From: a virus
Strand: one strand, 5' to 3'
DNA: 64,000 nt
Virus record (IMG/VR): IMGVR_UViG_3300050821_020196
Span: 6,527-70,526 of that record
Positions 30,289 through 41,500 of the stretch are shown here, piece after piece. The position numbers and the translations under genes were made by a program. Each line of letters starts with the position of its first letter. The stretch's first letter is position 1. A model generated the notes under the pieces. The model worked only from the letters and a program-made list of their open reading frames with translations, was not told the origin of the DNA and did not search any database.

Positions 30289-32130
30289 ATGCCTGTCTAT
30301 ACCCAGACCACGACGAACAACGGGTTAACCGCTCTCGCCGCCACTTTTACCTCGGCGTTGCTCAATATTACCCGGGTAGCGGTCGGTAGTGGCCTCCAAA
30401 ATAATCCAGCGACGGCGAACGCGCTGGCCATGGAACAGATCCACTCCGTTATCGTGGCCGGAAAGACGGTAACCACGACCGGGAATATCGAGATCTCGGT
30501 TATTATTTCCAACGCCTCGGTAACCTCCGGTTTCAACATAACCGAGATCGGCATTTTCGGTACCTCCGGCACCGGGCCGGAGCAAATGCTTATCTACGTT
30601 ACCGATTCCTCCCCGGTACCGCTTCCGCCCTTCTCCGCCGGAACGACCAACATCTACGACTACTTCGGGATCGGCATCGCCAATACGGATAACGTGACGG
30701 TGACCGTGGCGACGAATGCCTACGCCCTCCAGTCCCAATTCGTTACCCATCTCGGCGATCCGGCGGCGCACCCGCAAGCCTTTTTAAATCCCTTCAATTT
30801 AAGCACGACTTCTAAGCAAGGGATGATCCGGTCGCTTAACGGATCGATTAATTATTACCTCGCCGGGGACGGAAGCTGGCAGCCCATCGTCCCGCTAATA
30901 ACCTCCTTTACCAATTTATTCGTCGACCCCTCTTACAATAATATTGCTCCCAATTTTAGCTCCCTACCTAACGCCATGAATTATCTCCGGGGGTTTTCTA
31001 TCGCCTCCGGGGTCGGCGTTAATATTAACATGAACGCGGCGGTCTATAGTACCCCCGCTTCCATTAACCTCGACCACATTAACGGGACCCAGATTCAAAT
31101 CCTGGGCCCTCTCAATCCGGACGGCTCCTTCTCCGGCATCGGGGCGATTAGTGGAAGTCAGTATAATTGGAGCGTTCAGTTAACCGGATGTACGAATGCG
31201 GCGACGACGAAAGTGGGCAATTATATAACCTGCTGGAACGCCAATTCGAGTACCAGCGCGGGTCTCGCCCTAACCGGTTGCTTCCGGGTTATCGCCGTAA
31301 GCGGGTCGAACATTACCGTCTATATCCCTTCGAAGTTTACCTCCTGGCCCGCCATGGGGAGCGTCTCCGGGAGTTTCTCCGTGCAAAGCGTCGTCTTAAG
31401 CATGGGGAAAAACCAGGAAGTTGTTATCGGCACTCACGGCCTCGGCCTAATGCGCTCGATCGCCATCGTAGCCGGAGTCCTTCCTAGTCAATTCCTCGGC
31501 ATGGGCGGCCTTACCTGTAGCGGCCCTTTCTACTTTAACCGGGTAGGGGTAGCCGGGTTTATTCCCGGGCCCGGGTTCGTAGCTAACGGCGAATACATCG
31601 GTTTTAACTTCGGGCCGGGAGCGGCGGGAACGATGTTCTTTTGCGCCTCCTCCGGTAACATGCACGGGATAACTTCCTCCGGTGCGCAGGTAAATACGAT
31701 CTGGTGCGCCTTCTCGCATAATACCGTCTACGGCATGTGGATGCAGAGCGGGAACATTGCCCCTTGTTACGATTACGTTAGCCCGGGGGGCAACGCTTAT
31801 ACCTTTTCCGTGGATAACGGGAATATCGGGATTATCGTCAATGCCAATTCCGTCTTTACCCTCCAGGCCGGTTGGGAATCGAGCGTAGAGGTCTACGGCC
31901 TAGCTATCTCTTTCTATAACGGAAGCTGGGGGGTCTGGGTAGGGGAGAAGTCGCTTACGAATGCCTCCTCCGGCACCTTAGATTACATCTATTCCGGGAA
32001 TAACGTTAACGGGGATCTCGCCGTCTCCGGGATTAGCGTTGCCGATGCGGCTATGGCCGGGTCGCACATCCTTAACCAGCCGGTGGGCACCTTTAACGCT
32101 AACGGAGTAATTAACGCCGCCATGGTTTAA
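30289..32130 (+). CDS. Tail fibre protein (gpH-like N-terminus, beta-helix-like C-terminus)
   Basis: TNNG..ITRVAVGSG..GFNITEIGIF, H..DPAAH. Confidence 0.85.
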   Translation: MPVYTQTTTNNGLTALAATFTSALLNITRVAVGSGLQNNPATANALAMEQIHSVIVAGKTVTTTGNIEISVIISNASVTSGFNITEIGIFGTSGTGPEQMLIYVTDSSPVPLPPFSAGTTNIYDYFGIGIANTDNVTVTVATNAYALQSQFVTHLGDPAAHPQAFLNPFNLSTTSKQGMIRSLNGSINYYLAGDGSWQPIVPLITSFTNLFVDPSYNNIAPNFSSLPNAMNYLRGFSIASGVGVNINMNAAVYSTPASINLDHINGTQIQILGPLNPDGSFSGIGAISGSQYNWSVQLTGCTNAATTKVGNYITCWNANSSTSAGLALTGCFRVIAVSGSNITVYIPSKFTSWPAMGSVSGSFSVQSVVLSMGKNQEVVIGTHGLGLMRSIAIVAGVLPSQFLGMGGLTCSGPFYFNRVGVAGFIPGPGFVANGEYIGFNFGPGAAGTMFFCASSGNMHGITSSGAQVNTIWCAFSHNTVYGMWMQSGNIAPCYDYVSPGGNAYTFSVDNGNIGIIVNANSVFTLQAGWESSVEVYGLAISFYNGSWGVWVGEKSLTNASSGTLDYIYSGNNVNGDLAVSGISVADAAMAGSHILNQPVGTFNANGVINAAMV

Positions 32131-32332
32131 AAATAGAGATATATGGATACTTCAGCCGAAAAAGCTCGCATTGCAAATATCGAGACCCGGGTAACGATTA
32201 ATGGCGCTCCGAGCGGGGCGGTTTCGTCGAATGCCCCGGTAACCCTCGCCTCTCCTCCGAAACCGGCCCTCCCGAATATTTCCCCGACGATCGTCGAGGA
32301 GTTCGCACCGATTACGGTCGGAAGAGCGTAAA

Positions 32333-32716
32333 ATGATCGATCCCTTCCAGGTAACCCAGAAGGTTTGGCGAAACCAGATCTTCGAGCTAGTCGTTCAGAT
32401 CCCGACCCCCTCTTCCCGGATCGGTTGCCTAGATCTATCCCTTTACGACGTGCGGGCGGTTATCTCCCGGGTTAATCCGCTCCAGTGTTGCGGCTTCGGG
32501 GCTCCGTTATATACCTCGGTTAACCCGCCCCTTAGCGTAAAGAATACGGCGGCGACTTTCGTCTTCTCCGCGGCCGAGACGGCAAGTCTAACCCTCGGCA
32601 ATTCGTCCCACCGTTACCAGGTCCAATACGCTCCCTCCGGGGATCTAACCGCGAGCACCGTCGCCCTCGCCGGACCGCTCGACGTAAGCGACTCGCCGCC
32701 TTTTCTAAGTTTATGA
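32333..32716 (+). CDS. Hypothetical virion accessory protein
   Basis: ORF within the fibre cluster. Confidence 0.6.
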   Translation: MIDPFQVTQKVWRNQIFELVVQIPTPSSRIGCLDLSLYDVRAVISRVNPLQCCGFGAPLYTSVNPPLSVKNTAATFVFSAAETASLTLGNSSHRYQVQYAPSGDLTASTVALAGPLDVSDSPPFLSL

Positions 32717-33240
32717 GTAATTGTAGCGCCAGTGCTAACGCGGCGGCGAACGCCAACCCGAACCTGCCCTACCGGGTGAACGATTTCTCGACTTACCCGA
32801 TTGCCTTCTTTGCCTCCATTTTCCAAGGGGACGACTTCCTTCTCCCGATTAGTTTTTATTCGACGAACGGGGGCGGGGAGGATCTTACCGGGCAAACCTT
32901 CGCCCTGAGCGTGGACTGGAAATTCTACCAGCGTGATTGGGGGTGGAGAGAGTACATGAATAAGCCTTTCCTCCTCTATAGCCAGGTGCTAGTGGGAGAT
33001 CCGTCGGGCAATCTTTTCTTTAATATCCCCGGTTACGGGGGAAGCGGCTTGCCCTATCTCCCGGGCTGGTGTGGGTGCTTCGGGACCCCTTGCGCGACGC
33101 TTCCGATCGGTACCTTAGCCCTCGAAGTAAAGCGCTGGTTCCCGGTTAGCGGGGTGCGGGTTACTACGCTTAAGGGAAACCTCGTCGTTAAGCGCTCGGT
33201 AAATTATATGGCGACTCCGGTCTATCCGGCTCCGGCGTAA
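32713..33240 (+). CDS. Hypothetical virion accessory protein (BppU-like adaptor?)
   Basis: IFQGDDF..DLTG..LKGNLVV. Confidence 0.55.
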   Translation: MSNCSASANAAANANPNLPYRVNDFSTYPIAFFASIFQGDDFLLPISFYSTNGGGEDLTGQTFALSVDWKFYQRDWGWREYMNKPFLLYSQVLVGDPSGNLFFNIPGYGGSGLPYLPGWCGCFGTPCATLPIGTLALEVKRWFPVSGVRVTTLKGNLVVKRSVNYMATPVYPAPA

Positions 33241-33250
33241 TTAACGAGCG

Positions 33251-36200
33251 ATGGCTGGCGTTAACATAACCGAAATCGTCCCCAGTACCCCTTTAGCCGT
33301 CGTCGAAAGTAGCGGCGTCCAGGGGCCGGTCGGCCCCCCCCGGCCCGACCGGACCGAAAGGAGTTCCCGGGAGCACCGCCTCCGTTTCGGAAGACCCGAA
33401 CAACATCGCCATCCTGGGCACGGACGCCCTCCTTTATGTTCCGGGGCCGAGCAACGGAAATGCCTCGAACGGGGAAGTGGTTACCGGGAACGATACCCGG
33501 TTAAGCGACTCCCGGAATCCCCTCCCGCATCGTGCTACGCACGAGCACGGCGGTTCCGATCCGGTAACGGTTACCTATGCCGATCTCGCCGGAATCCCCG
33601 CTTCCTTCGCCCCTTCCGCTCACGCCTCCTCCCACGAAAGTGCCGGGAGCGATCCGATCGGGCTCGATACGCTCGCCTCTCCTTCGGATAACTCGAATCT
33701 TAACGCGACCGCGAACGCTCACGGGCTCCTCCGCAAGCTGGATAATAACGCTAGTCATTATTTAGACGGGACGGGATCGTGGAGTCTCCCCCCGGTTAAT
33801 ACCGGCCCTACGGGTCCCTCGGGAGTTACGGGCCCGACGGGAGCGGTAGGGCCGACGGGCCCGGTCGGACCGGCGGGAAATCCGGGTCCGACGGGGCCGA
33901 CGGGCGCTACCGGGGCCACTGGAGCCGCTTCGACCGTTCCCGGACCGACCGGAGCCGCCGGGGTAACCGGCCCGGCGGGCCCGGCGGGAACGACCGGCCC
34001 GGCGGGCGTTACCGGTCCGACCGGTCCGACCGGAGTTGCCGGGCAATCGTTTACTTTTCGCGGAAGTTGGTCGTCTTCGACCGCCTATTCCCTCCTGGAT
34101 ACCGTTACCCGTTCCGGGTCGAGTTACGTTTGCATTTTAGCCAATACGAATGTCGACCCGGCCCTCGATCCGAGTCGCTGGTCATTAATGGCGGCGATGG
34201 GTGTTACGGGTCCGAGCGGGGCCACCGGTCCGGCGGGGGCGACCGGAAGCACCGGTCCCCAAGGCGTTGCCGGGCCAACGGGCTCCCAAGGGATTCAAGG
34301 TTCTACGGGCCCGGCGGGGCCGACCGGGCCGACCGGCACGAGCGTTAGCTTAAAAGGATCGGTCGCGACTTCCTCCGCCTTACCGCCGACCGGGAATACC
34401 TTCGGGGACCTATGGATCGCTACCGATACCGGGGAAGGCTGGGTTTGGAGCCCGCCCGGGCAATGGGAAAACGTCGGCCACATTCAAGGGCCTCCCGGCC
34501 CTACCGGGGGTACGGGCCCGACGGGGCCGCAGGGGATCGCCGGGGCAACCGGCCCGCAAGGCATTCAGGGCACCCCGGGAATGACGGGGGCAACCGGCCC
34601 GGCGGGAACGAGCGTGCTCCTTAAGGGCACCGTTGCCACTTCTTCTAGTCTTCCGTCGAGCGGGAATAGCTTCGGGGACTTATGGATAACGGCGGATACC
34701 GGGCACGGCTGGGTTTGGACGAGCCCGGGCACCTGGGTAGACGTCGGCCCCATTCAGGGACCGGCGGGCGCAACGGGGGCAACGGGAAGTACGGGTCCGC
34801 AAGGAGTCGCGGGCACTCCGGGAACGCAAGGCCCGGTGGGAAATACGGGCCCGGCGGGGCCGACCGGGCCGACCGGCCCGCAAGGGAATCAGGGGCCGAC
34901 CGGGGCGGCGGGCACCCCCGGTGCGACCGGCCCAACCGGTCCGGCGGGCGTAACGGGCGCAACGGGTGCGACGGGAGGTGCGGGAAATCCGGGCCCCAAT
35001 GGCCCAACCGGTCCGGCGGGAGCGACCGGGGCCACGGGCCCGGCGGGCACCCCCGGTGCCACGGGCCCGGCGGGCGCATCGTTCGTTTGGCGGGGGATTT
35101 GGTCGAGCGCGGTGGCATACGTCCCTTTCGATAGCGTTTCGCAAAATGGTTCGACTTACGTCGCCGTTTTAGCTTCGACGAATAGCGATCCCAGCTCCGA
35201 CGGCGGCGTGCACTGGCAGTTAATGGCTAGCGCCGGAATTACCGGGGCAACCGGCCCGACCGGGCCGACCGGCCCCCAAGGCGTTGCCGGGGCCACGGGA
35301 CCGACGGGAAACCAAGGGCCGATCGGGAATACCGGGCCGACCGGGCCGACCGGCACGGGTACCCCCGGTGCGTCGGGGCCGACGGGCCCGACCGGGGCAA
35401 CCGGCCCGGCGGGGCCGAACGTCGTTAGTACCGACGCGAATAATAAAGCTATCCTCGGCTCGGATAGCCATGTCTTCGTTTTAGGCACGGCTCCGGGAGT
35501 AGGTGCGACCGGCCATAGCCAAGTCGTAAGTGGTGATGATCCGGCGCTAACCAATTCTAGAACGCCTCTTCCGCACGCGATTACTCACCGGGCGGGTTCG
35601 GGGGACGCGCTCGCGATCGACGTACTCGCCGCCCCGAGCGACAATGCGAATTTAAACGTCTCGACGTCGGCCCACGGGCTCGCTCCGAAGCTCTCCGGCA
35701 ACTCCGGTCAGTATCTCGACGGCACGGGGGCCTGGTCGGTGCCCGCCGGAACGGGAGGAGGCGGAGGCGGAGGAACGGTTATTACCCTTCCTTCTTCGGC
35801 TCCGCCGATTACTCCGCCGCGAGTAGCGACTTATTTCGTTGCCCAGGCCAGCGCCGGAAGCGGAAGCGGGCTTAGCATCGGCAATCCCGTCTCGGTCTCT
35901 ACCTTTAACGCGAATAGCGCCCTGGCCGCCGGAACGGTCGTTCAATTTAATGGCACGCTAACCACCGGGATTAACCCCAGTTGTAGCGGGGCCGCCGCCA
36001 ACCCGATCTACCTGGATTTCCGGCTAGCCACGGTTACGACGACGGTAACGATTAATAACCGGAGCTACCTTACCCTCCTCGGCGGTACCACGAGCCCCTC
36101 TTCGGCGAACGATATTTTCGGTATGTCCGGTTGCACCGGGATTACCATCGATAGTTGGACTTATCTCGGCACTAGCCTCAGCAATTATCTTAATGCCGGG

Positions 36201-38363
36201 CTAATCGGCACCTGCACGAATACCATTATCTCGAATTGTGTTCTTCACAATTTCGCCATGGGATTCGCCGGGGATAACAATAATGGCTTCCTCATTATTG
36301 GCAACGATCTCCTAACCAATACCAACGCGGGTGGTCAGTGCGATATTATTCACCTCGGTAGCGCGCTTAACATCACCATTGAGCGAAATAAGATCGTCCA
36401 GCGGGCTCCGGGCAACCCGACGACGAGGCATAACGATTGCATCCAGACGTATACGACCGGCACGGCCAATCCCAATAACTGGATTGTCCGCTATAACTGG
36501 ATAGAAAATCAACAAACGACGGCCAATAGCTCCGGGGATTGTTCCTGGCATATTATGCAGGATATGCAGGACGCGGGAAGTCTCCCGGCCTTAAAGATCT
36601 ACGGCAACGTCTATGTCGGGAGCGGCAACGCCTCTAACAATGGTATCCTTTGCAACCGCAACGGGGCCTCCGGGGGAACTTTTTATCTCTACGGGAATAC
36701 CTTCGCGATTACCCCGAACGACTCCCCGGTTAATACCGTCCGCTTCTTAAACGATGCCGGGCCGGGCACTCTTTACGCCCGGAATAATGCCGGGCAGAGG
36801 GCCGCCCAACGGGGAACGGATCTCGAATGGGACCTTACCCCCGGGGGAAGCGGGTTCGATTATAACTTCTGGTACAACTGGTTCGGATCCAATACCGAGC
36901 CCGACTCCCTTTTCTCCGGGCCGCACGGTTTCTTTTCCGGAAGCCCGCCGACCACTTCTCCTTTTAACAATTTTAGCGGAGGCGACTTTAGCCCGGCCAC
37001 CGGGAGCCCGCTTATCGGAGCGGGCGACATCACCATCGGCTCCGAGTTCCAATACGGTCTCCAGCCGGGGACGACTTTCCCGAATCCGACGGTTATCCAG
37101 CGGGCAGCTTCCGCTTACGACGTCGGCGCGTTCGTCGCCACTCCGGCCCTTACCGGAGGCGGAGGCACCGGAGGAGGAGGTACTGGCGCTCCAGGCGAAA
37201 ACGCTTTTACGGTTACCGCAAGCGACTCGACCGGCACTTTTACCGTGCCTCAGGTTGGCTCCTCGACGACGGTTAACGTAACCAACGCCGACTTTATAGT
37301 TCCTGGCCAGATTGTTTACATCGCCGGAGCGGGCGGACCGGGAACCGCTGGAGCGCTTCAAGTACAGGCCGTCGTGGGCAAAACGCTTACTTTATATAAC
37401 CCCATTCCCCCTCCTTCCGGGTCTTCCCCGGGAAGCGGCGGGATAGTTTATTCCGGGGTTAGCTCGGTAAGCGTCGTCGGCAATACCATCTCCCTCGTTA
37501 ACGATCTCGCTAACCCGGGCAATTTAAAAGTCTACGGGACCAATCCCTCCGGAGTACTCGGTTGGAGTGCCATCTCCGGGCTACCGGTAAATTATGCCTC
37601 TCTCGTCGGTACGCAACCGGCTCCCCCGCCGCACGCCGCTTCGCACGAAAGCGGAGGGGTCGACGTTATCCCGCTCGATACCCTCGGCTCGCCGACCGAC
37701 ATTACCACGCTCAATGCTTCGACGAGCGCTCACGGTCTTCTCCGCAAACTAGACGGAACGGCGACCCATTATTTAGACGGCACCGGAGCCTGGAGCACCC
37801 CCGCCGGAGGTGCGACGGGAGCTACGGGCCCGACTGGGCCGACGGGAAAGAATTGTTATACAACGACCAGTGGGCCCTTTACCGTCCCCAGCTCGGGGAC
37901 GGTAACGGTTTCCGTCGTCGATGCCGGATGGGCCGTTCCCGGGGAGATGGCCTATTTTAGTGGTGCGGGCGGATCGGGTTTAGCCGGGGCGCTAGAGATC
38001 GTTTCTATCGCCGGAAATACCCTAACCCTCGGATTGCCGACGCCGCCGAGCTACGCGCCTCCGGCGGTCGACCTTACCGTTTTTATCGAGAGCCCGACGA
38101 ATAAGACTTACGTCCTCGACCTCGGCCTTCCCGCTCCTTGTACGATTACTTCGATTTTAATTAAGACCGTCTCCGGTACCTGCACGGCGGCTTTAAACCG
38201 CAACGGCTCGGCCATTACCGGAGCGAGCGCTCTTTCCGTTAGTAGCACGCTAACCTCGGTAACTCTAGGCCAAGCTTGCTCCGCCGGGGATACGATAACC
38301 CTAGTTATAAGCGCGAACTCTAGCTCCGTCGATCTAGCCGCTTCCGTCCACATGCAACCGTAG
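33251..38363 (+). CDS. Giant collagen-repeat fibre with beta-helix domain, frameshift at C8 run 33334-33341
   Basis: GPT/GAT triplets, His-rich modules, central beta-helix (HNDCIQ); removing one C fuses the 33251 start to the 1628-aa ORF. Confidence 0.85.
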
Positions 38364-38375
38364 AACGAATGTCGA

Positions 38376-38906
38376 ATGTCGAATAGCCTGATCATGGTTG
38401 GCATGCGCCCGCGCTACTCGCTTTTCCTCCCCTCCGAGGTTCCGGCGGGTAATGGCCCGCTTGCCGGATCGCTCAATGCCGGGATCGCTTTCTTCGTTTC
38501 CGTCGCGTGCAACCTCCTCGCCATGCGGTTTTATAAGCGGTCCGACGATACCGATACTAGCCACACGGTAAACCTTTGGGACGTGTCCGGTCGGACTAGT
38601 TTAGCTTCGCAAGCCTCCTCCGGAGAACCGGCCTCCGGCTGGGTGGAAGTTCCGTTAACCACTCCCGTTCCGTTGACGGCGAATAAGGCCTACTACGTTA
38701 CCTTCTTCATGCCGGGCGGCTTCTATAGCTATACGGACGGTTACTTCACCTCGGCGGTTACCCGGGGGCCGATTACCGGGTATGCGGACGGGACGGTGCC
38801 GGGAGGGATCGTAAATAATACTGGCATTTATCATTTCGGTTCCGTTCCGACCTTCCCGGATTCCGGATATGCAGCCAACTATTGGGCGGACGTGGTGGTC
38901 GATTAA
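38376..38906 (+). CDS. DUF4082-like protein
   Basis: RFYK, SGWVEVPL.TPV, NYWADVV. Confidence 0.8.
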   Translation: MSNSLIMVGMRPRYSLFLPSEVPAGNGPLAGSLNAGIAFFVSVACNLLAMRFYKRSDDTDTSHTVNLWDVSGRTSLASQASSGEPASGWVEVPLTTPVPLTANKAYYVTFFMPGGFYSYTDGYFTSAVTRGPITGYADGTVPGGIVNNTGIYHFGSVPTFPDSGYAANYWADVVVD

Positions 38907-38942
38907 ATAAGAAAAATTTTCCTTTTCCGTAATTAAAGGTAT

Positions 38943-39551
38943 ATGGCAAACATTCCCGGCGTAGCAATTCCCGGTTCGGTCGTGGTAAGCGGAAGCGGCG
39001 TTTCGCCTGGAGGTGCTCAAGGTATCCAAGGACCTGCCGGGGCAAGCGGAGGCGGAAGCGGTTCCGGAGGGACGAAAACTTGGTCGAAATTTAATGCCAA
39101 TGATGGCCAACCTCCGGCGACCAATTATGCCGTTTGGGGAACTCGTAATTCTACATCTTTTCTAGCTTTTAACGACACGACCGCCTGGGCGACGGTCTTT
39201 ATCGGCATCGTGCCCGAATCCGCCGTCGTTAGTAGCGGCGTCCTCATCCGGATTTTTTGGATATCAGCATCGAGTTCTTCCGGCGCGGTGCAATGGGGAG
39301 CGCAAATCGATTCCATGACCGCCGGGAGCAATCCGACGAGCGATAGTTTCGATACGGCGGCGACGGTCTTTACTACGACGTCGGGGAGCAACGGCGTTAT
39401 TACGATCTCCTCGATTACCTTAACCTCGATCGACGGGATCGGGATCGGCGACGGTTACCGGCTTAAAATTTATCGCGACGCGTCGAACTCGAACGACAGC
39501 ATGGCTGGCGACGCCCAGGTTCTCGCGGTAGAGATCCGAAGCGCCAACTAA
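38943..39551 (+). CDS. Hypothetical virion protein (beta-sandwich)
   Basis: ORF with short collagen-like linker; GTAATT at 38929. Confidence 0.6.
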   Translation: MANIPGVAIPGSVVVSGSGVSPGGAQGIQGPAGASGGGSGSGGTKTWSKFNANDGQPPATNYAVWGTRNSTSFLAFNDTTAWATVFIGIVPESAVVSSGVLIRIFWISASSSSGAVQWGAQIDSMTAGSNPTSDSFDTAATVFTTTSGSNGVITISSITLTSIDGIGIGDGYRLKIYRDASNSNDSMAGDAQVLAVEIRSAN

Positions 39552-39558
39552 TCGCACT

Positions 39559-40230
39559 ATGGCCCGCTCTTTAGTTAAGACTAACTCCCAGCGGATCCAG
39601 ATCGCGACCTCCCTTATCGGGGCGACCGGAGTTCCGGTCTCCATGTCGATGTGGTACAACCAACCGGCGGCCATCGCCGCCGATCAGGTTCTCGCCGCTC
39701 TCTCTAATTCGGGAGTCGGGGCGGCTAGCTTAGACATTGTCGTTTACAACTCCGATAAGTTAGTGCGAGCCGAGGCACAAGAAGGGGGGACGGACGACGA
39801 TACGGCCAAGTCCTCGACGACGGTCGGCTCGGTGGCCAATACCTGGTTCCATATACTGGGCGTTTACGGAGCGAACAATGCGAGAACCTGCTACGTTAAC
39901 GGCGCTAATCCCGGGAGTTCCTCCGTTACGGTAAACGTTACCGGGCTTAATACCTCGACGATCGGGGGCACGAATAATACCGGAGGGCCCTTCTCCTCGA
40001 ATGCCACCTTCGCTTTTTTTGCGTTCTACAACATTGCTTTGATCGCACAAGATGCGCTTTCGCTCGCCTCCGGGGCACATCCGAGGAAAGTGCGCCCGGG
40101 AAATTTGCTCTCGATCGTTAATCTTACCGGGAGCAATAATCCCGAGCCGGATTATGTCGCGAATACGACCTGGGCTTTCGTCGGGACCGGCGTTCCTAGC
40201 GAAGTAGCTAATCCCCGAATTTATTGGTAG
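39559..40230 (+). CDS. LamG/concanavalin A-like domain protein
   Basis: SMSMWY, NTWFHILGVY, YVNG, FYNIAL. Confidence 0.75.
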   Translation: MARSLVKTNSQRIQIATSLIGATGVPVSMSMWYNQPAAIAADQVLAALSNSGVGAASLDIVVYNSDKLVRAEAQEGGTDDDTAKSSTTVGSVANTWFHILGVYGANNARTCYVNGANPGSSSVTVNVTGLNTSTIGGTNNTGGPFSSNATFAFFAFYNIALIAQDALSLASGAHPRKVRPGNLLSIVNLTGSNNPEPDYVANTTWAFVGTGVPSEVANPRIYW

Positions 40231-40233
40231 CGG

Positions 40234-41397
40234 TTAAATAATCGCGAAGTACGCCTCCGCCGTCTCCCGGTCGACGACCTCCCAGTAGTGCTCGCGGAGC
40301 ATGCGCTCGGAGTGGTCGGCTTGTCCCGCCGTCCAGGTTAAACCCTTTAACGCGACGCCGTAGGAGCAAAAGGAATGCCGGAGCACGTTCTGTGGCCAGG
40401 GGGAGATACCGGCTTTCCCCGCCGCCTTCGTCATTACGATCTGCAAGCCGGGCCGGGGAGGGAGAACAGGACCCGAGCATGTCTCGGGAATTCCCGAGAC
40501 ATCCTTAGGAATTCCTAAAGATGAAGCGAGGATCGTCGCCAGATTTTCCGGGATTTCGATAAGCTTGCGCTTGCCGTTCTTCGACTTGCCGAAGGGGAGG
40601 TCGATAAGCCGCCGGTCGAGCTTTATCTCGCTCCAATCGAGCCGCTCGGCCTCCGCTCGCCGCAAGCCGGTAAAGGCGGAGATCGCGAAGAAAGGAACGA
40701 ACTCCGGGCGGAGGGCGAGAAGGAACTTTGCCAGTTGCTCCGGGGTAAGCACCGAAACTTGCCGTCCCCGCTTTGCCGGATCGTTAAAGGGAACCACTTC
40801 GGCGAGGGGGTTGCTCGGGAGAAGGTGCCAGCTTTTGGCCATGTTAAGCGCGTTTTGTATGTAGCCCAGGTGCCGGTTTCTGGTTTTTATCGCCAGGTCG
40901 AGGCCGGAGAGCCAGCTCTTTATCCCGTTCTCGGTAAGGAGGGAGAGGGTCTCCTCGCCGAAACGGCCCTCGAATTTGCGCAAGGTCTCCCGCATCGATT
41001 CGGCGTGGCGCTCGGAAATCTCTTTCGTCGCGAGGCGACGCTCGAATTCATTGGCTACCCGTGCGCAGAGGGCCCGTACGCTGCCCGAAGAGGAAAGCCG
41101 GTCTAAATGATTCCGGTAGAAGTGCACCGCCTCGTAGAGGGTTTTATCGTAGGGCCGGAGCATTTCAATGCACTCGGCGGCCATGACCCGTTGCGTGTCG
41201 GTAAGGGAGGTACGGGTGCCGAAGGCGGCGATCTGATCGTTTAGATTGCGGGCGGCGGCTTTCGCTTCCTTTTCGGTAACGAAGTAGTACCGTTCCCGCT
41301 TGCCGGTAGGGCGGCCCTCGATTTTCCATTCCTTTTTCCCGTTGGGGGAAGAGAGTTTAAAAACGCGGAAAGACTTGGACGACGGCGGGCGCGGCAT
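40234..41397 (-). CDS. Tyrosine integrase of the prophage
   Basis: GLRRAE, SKNG, LRHSF, H...HY catalytic residues; adjacent to tRNA. Confidence 0.93.
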   Translation of the reverse strand: MPRPPSSKSFRVFKLSSPNGKKEWKIEGRPTGKRERYYFVTEKEAKAAARNLNDQIAAFGTRTSLTDTQRVMAAECIEMLRPYDKTLYEAVHFYRNHLDRLSSSGSVRALCARVANEFERRLATKEISERHAESMRETLRKFEGRFGEETLSLLTENGIKSWLSGLDLAIKTRNRHLGYIQNALNMAKSWHLLPSNPLAEVVPFNDPAKRGRQVSVLTPEQLAKFLLALRPEFVPFFAISAFTGLRRAEAERLDWSEIKLDRRLIDLPFGKSKNGKRKLIEIPENLATILASSLGIPKDVSGIPETCSGPVLPPRPGLQIVMTKAAGKAGISPWPQNVLRHSFCSYGVALKGLTWTAGQADHSERMLREHYWEVVDRETAEAYFAII

Positions 41398-41500
41398 AGG
41401 TTATTCAACCTACGCCCGTTTACGCCCATAATTAAGGTTTTTCCAGTCTTTTCGCGTCGCTTCCCGTCGCTTCGCCCCTGGGGAAGGGTTACATCCCAAG

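Larger units (their letters stand above)
1..41500. mobile_element. Prophage (lambda-type head, contractile tail), right portion, integrated at tRNA-Glu
   Basis: Contiguous terminase-portal-protease-capsid-sheath-tube-baseplate-fibre genes ending in a tyrosine integrase next to the tRNA-Glu 3' end; other att is outside the window. Confidence 0.95.

Noticed and set aside
33800-35420. GC-rich tandem repeats as a CRISPR array or DNA repeat element
   Set aside because: They are 9-nt-period Gly-X-Y collagen codons, with no constant repeat-spacer structure and no cas genes
20619-40230. Diversity-generating retroelement targeting the fibres
   Set aside because: No reverse transcriptase and no adenine-variant TR/VR pair seen in the window
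1-41400. Stop-codon reassignment in the prophage
   Set aside because: Core genes are full length in the standard code, and TAA, TAG and TGA all end genes; the lesions are isolated
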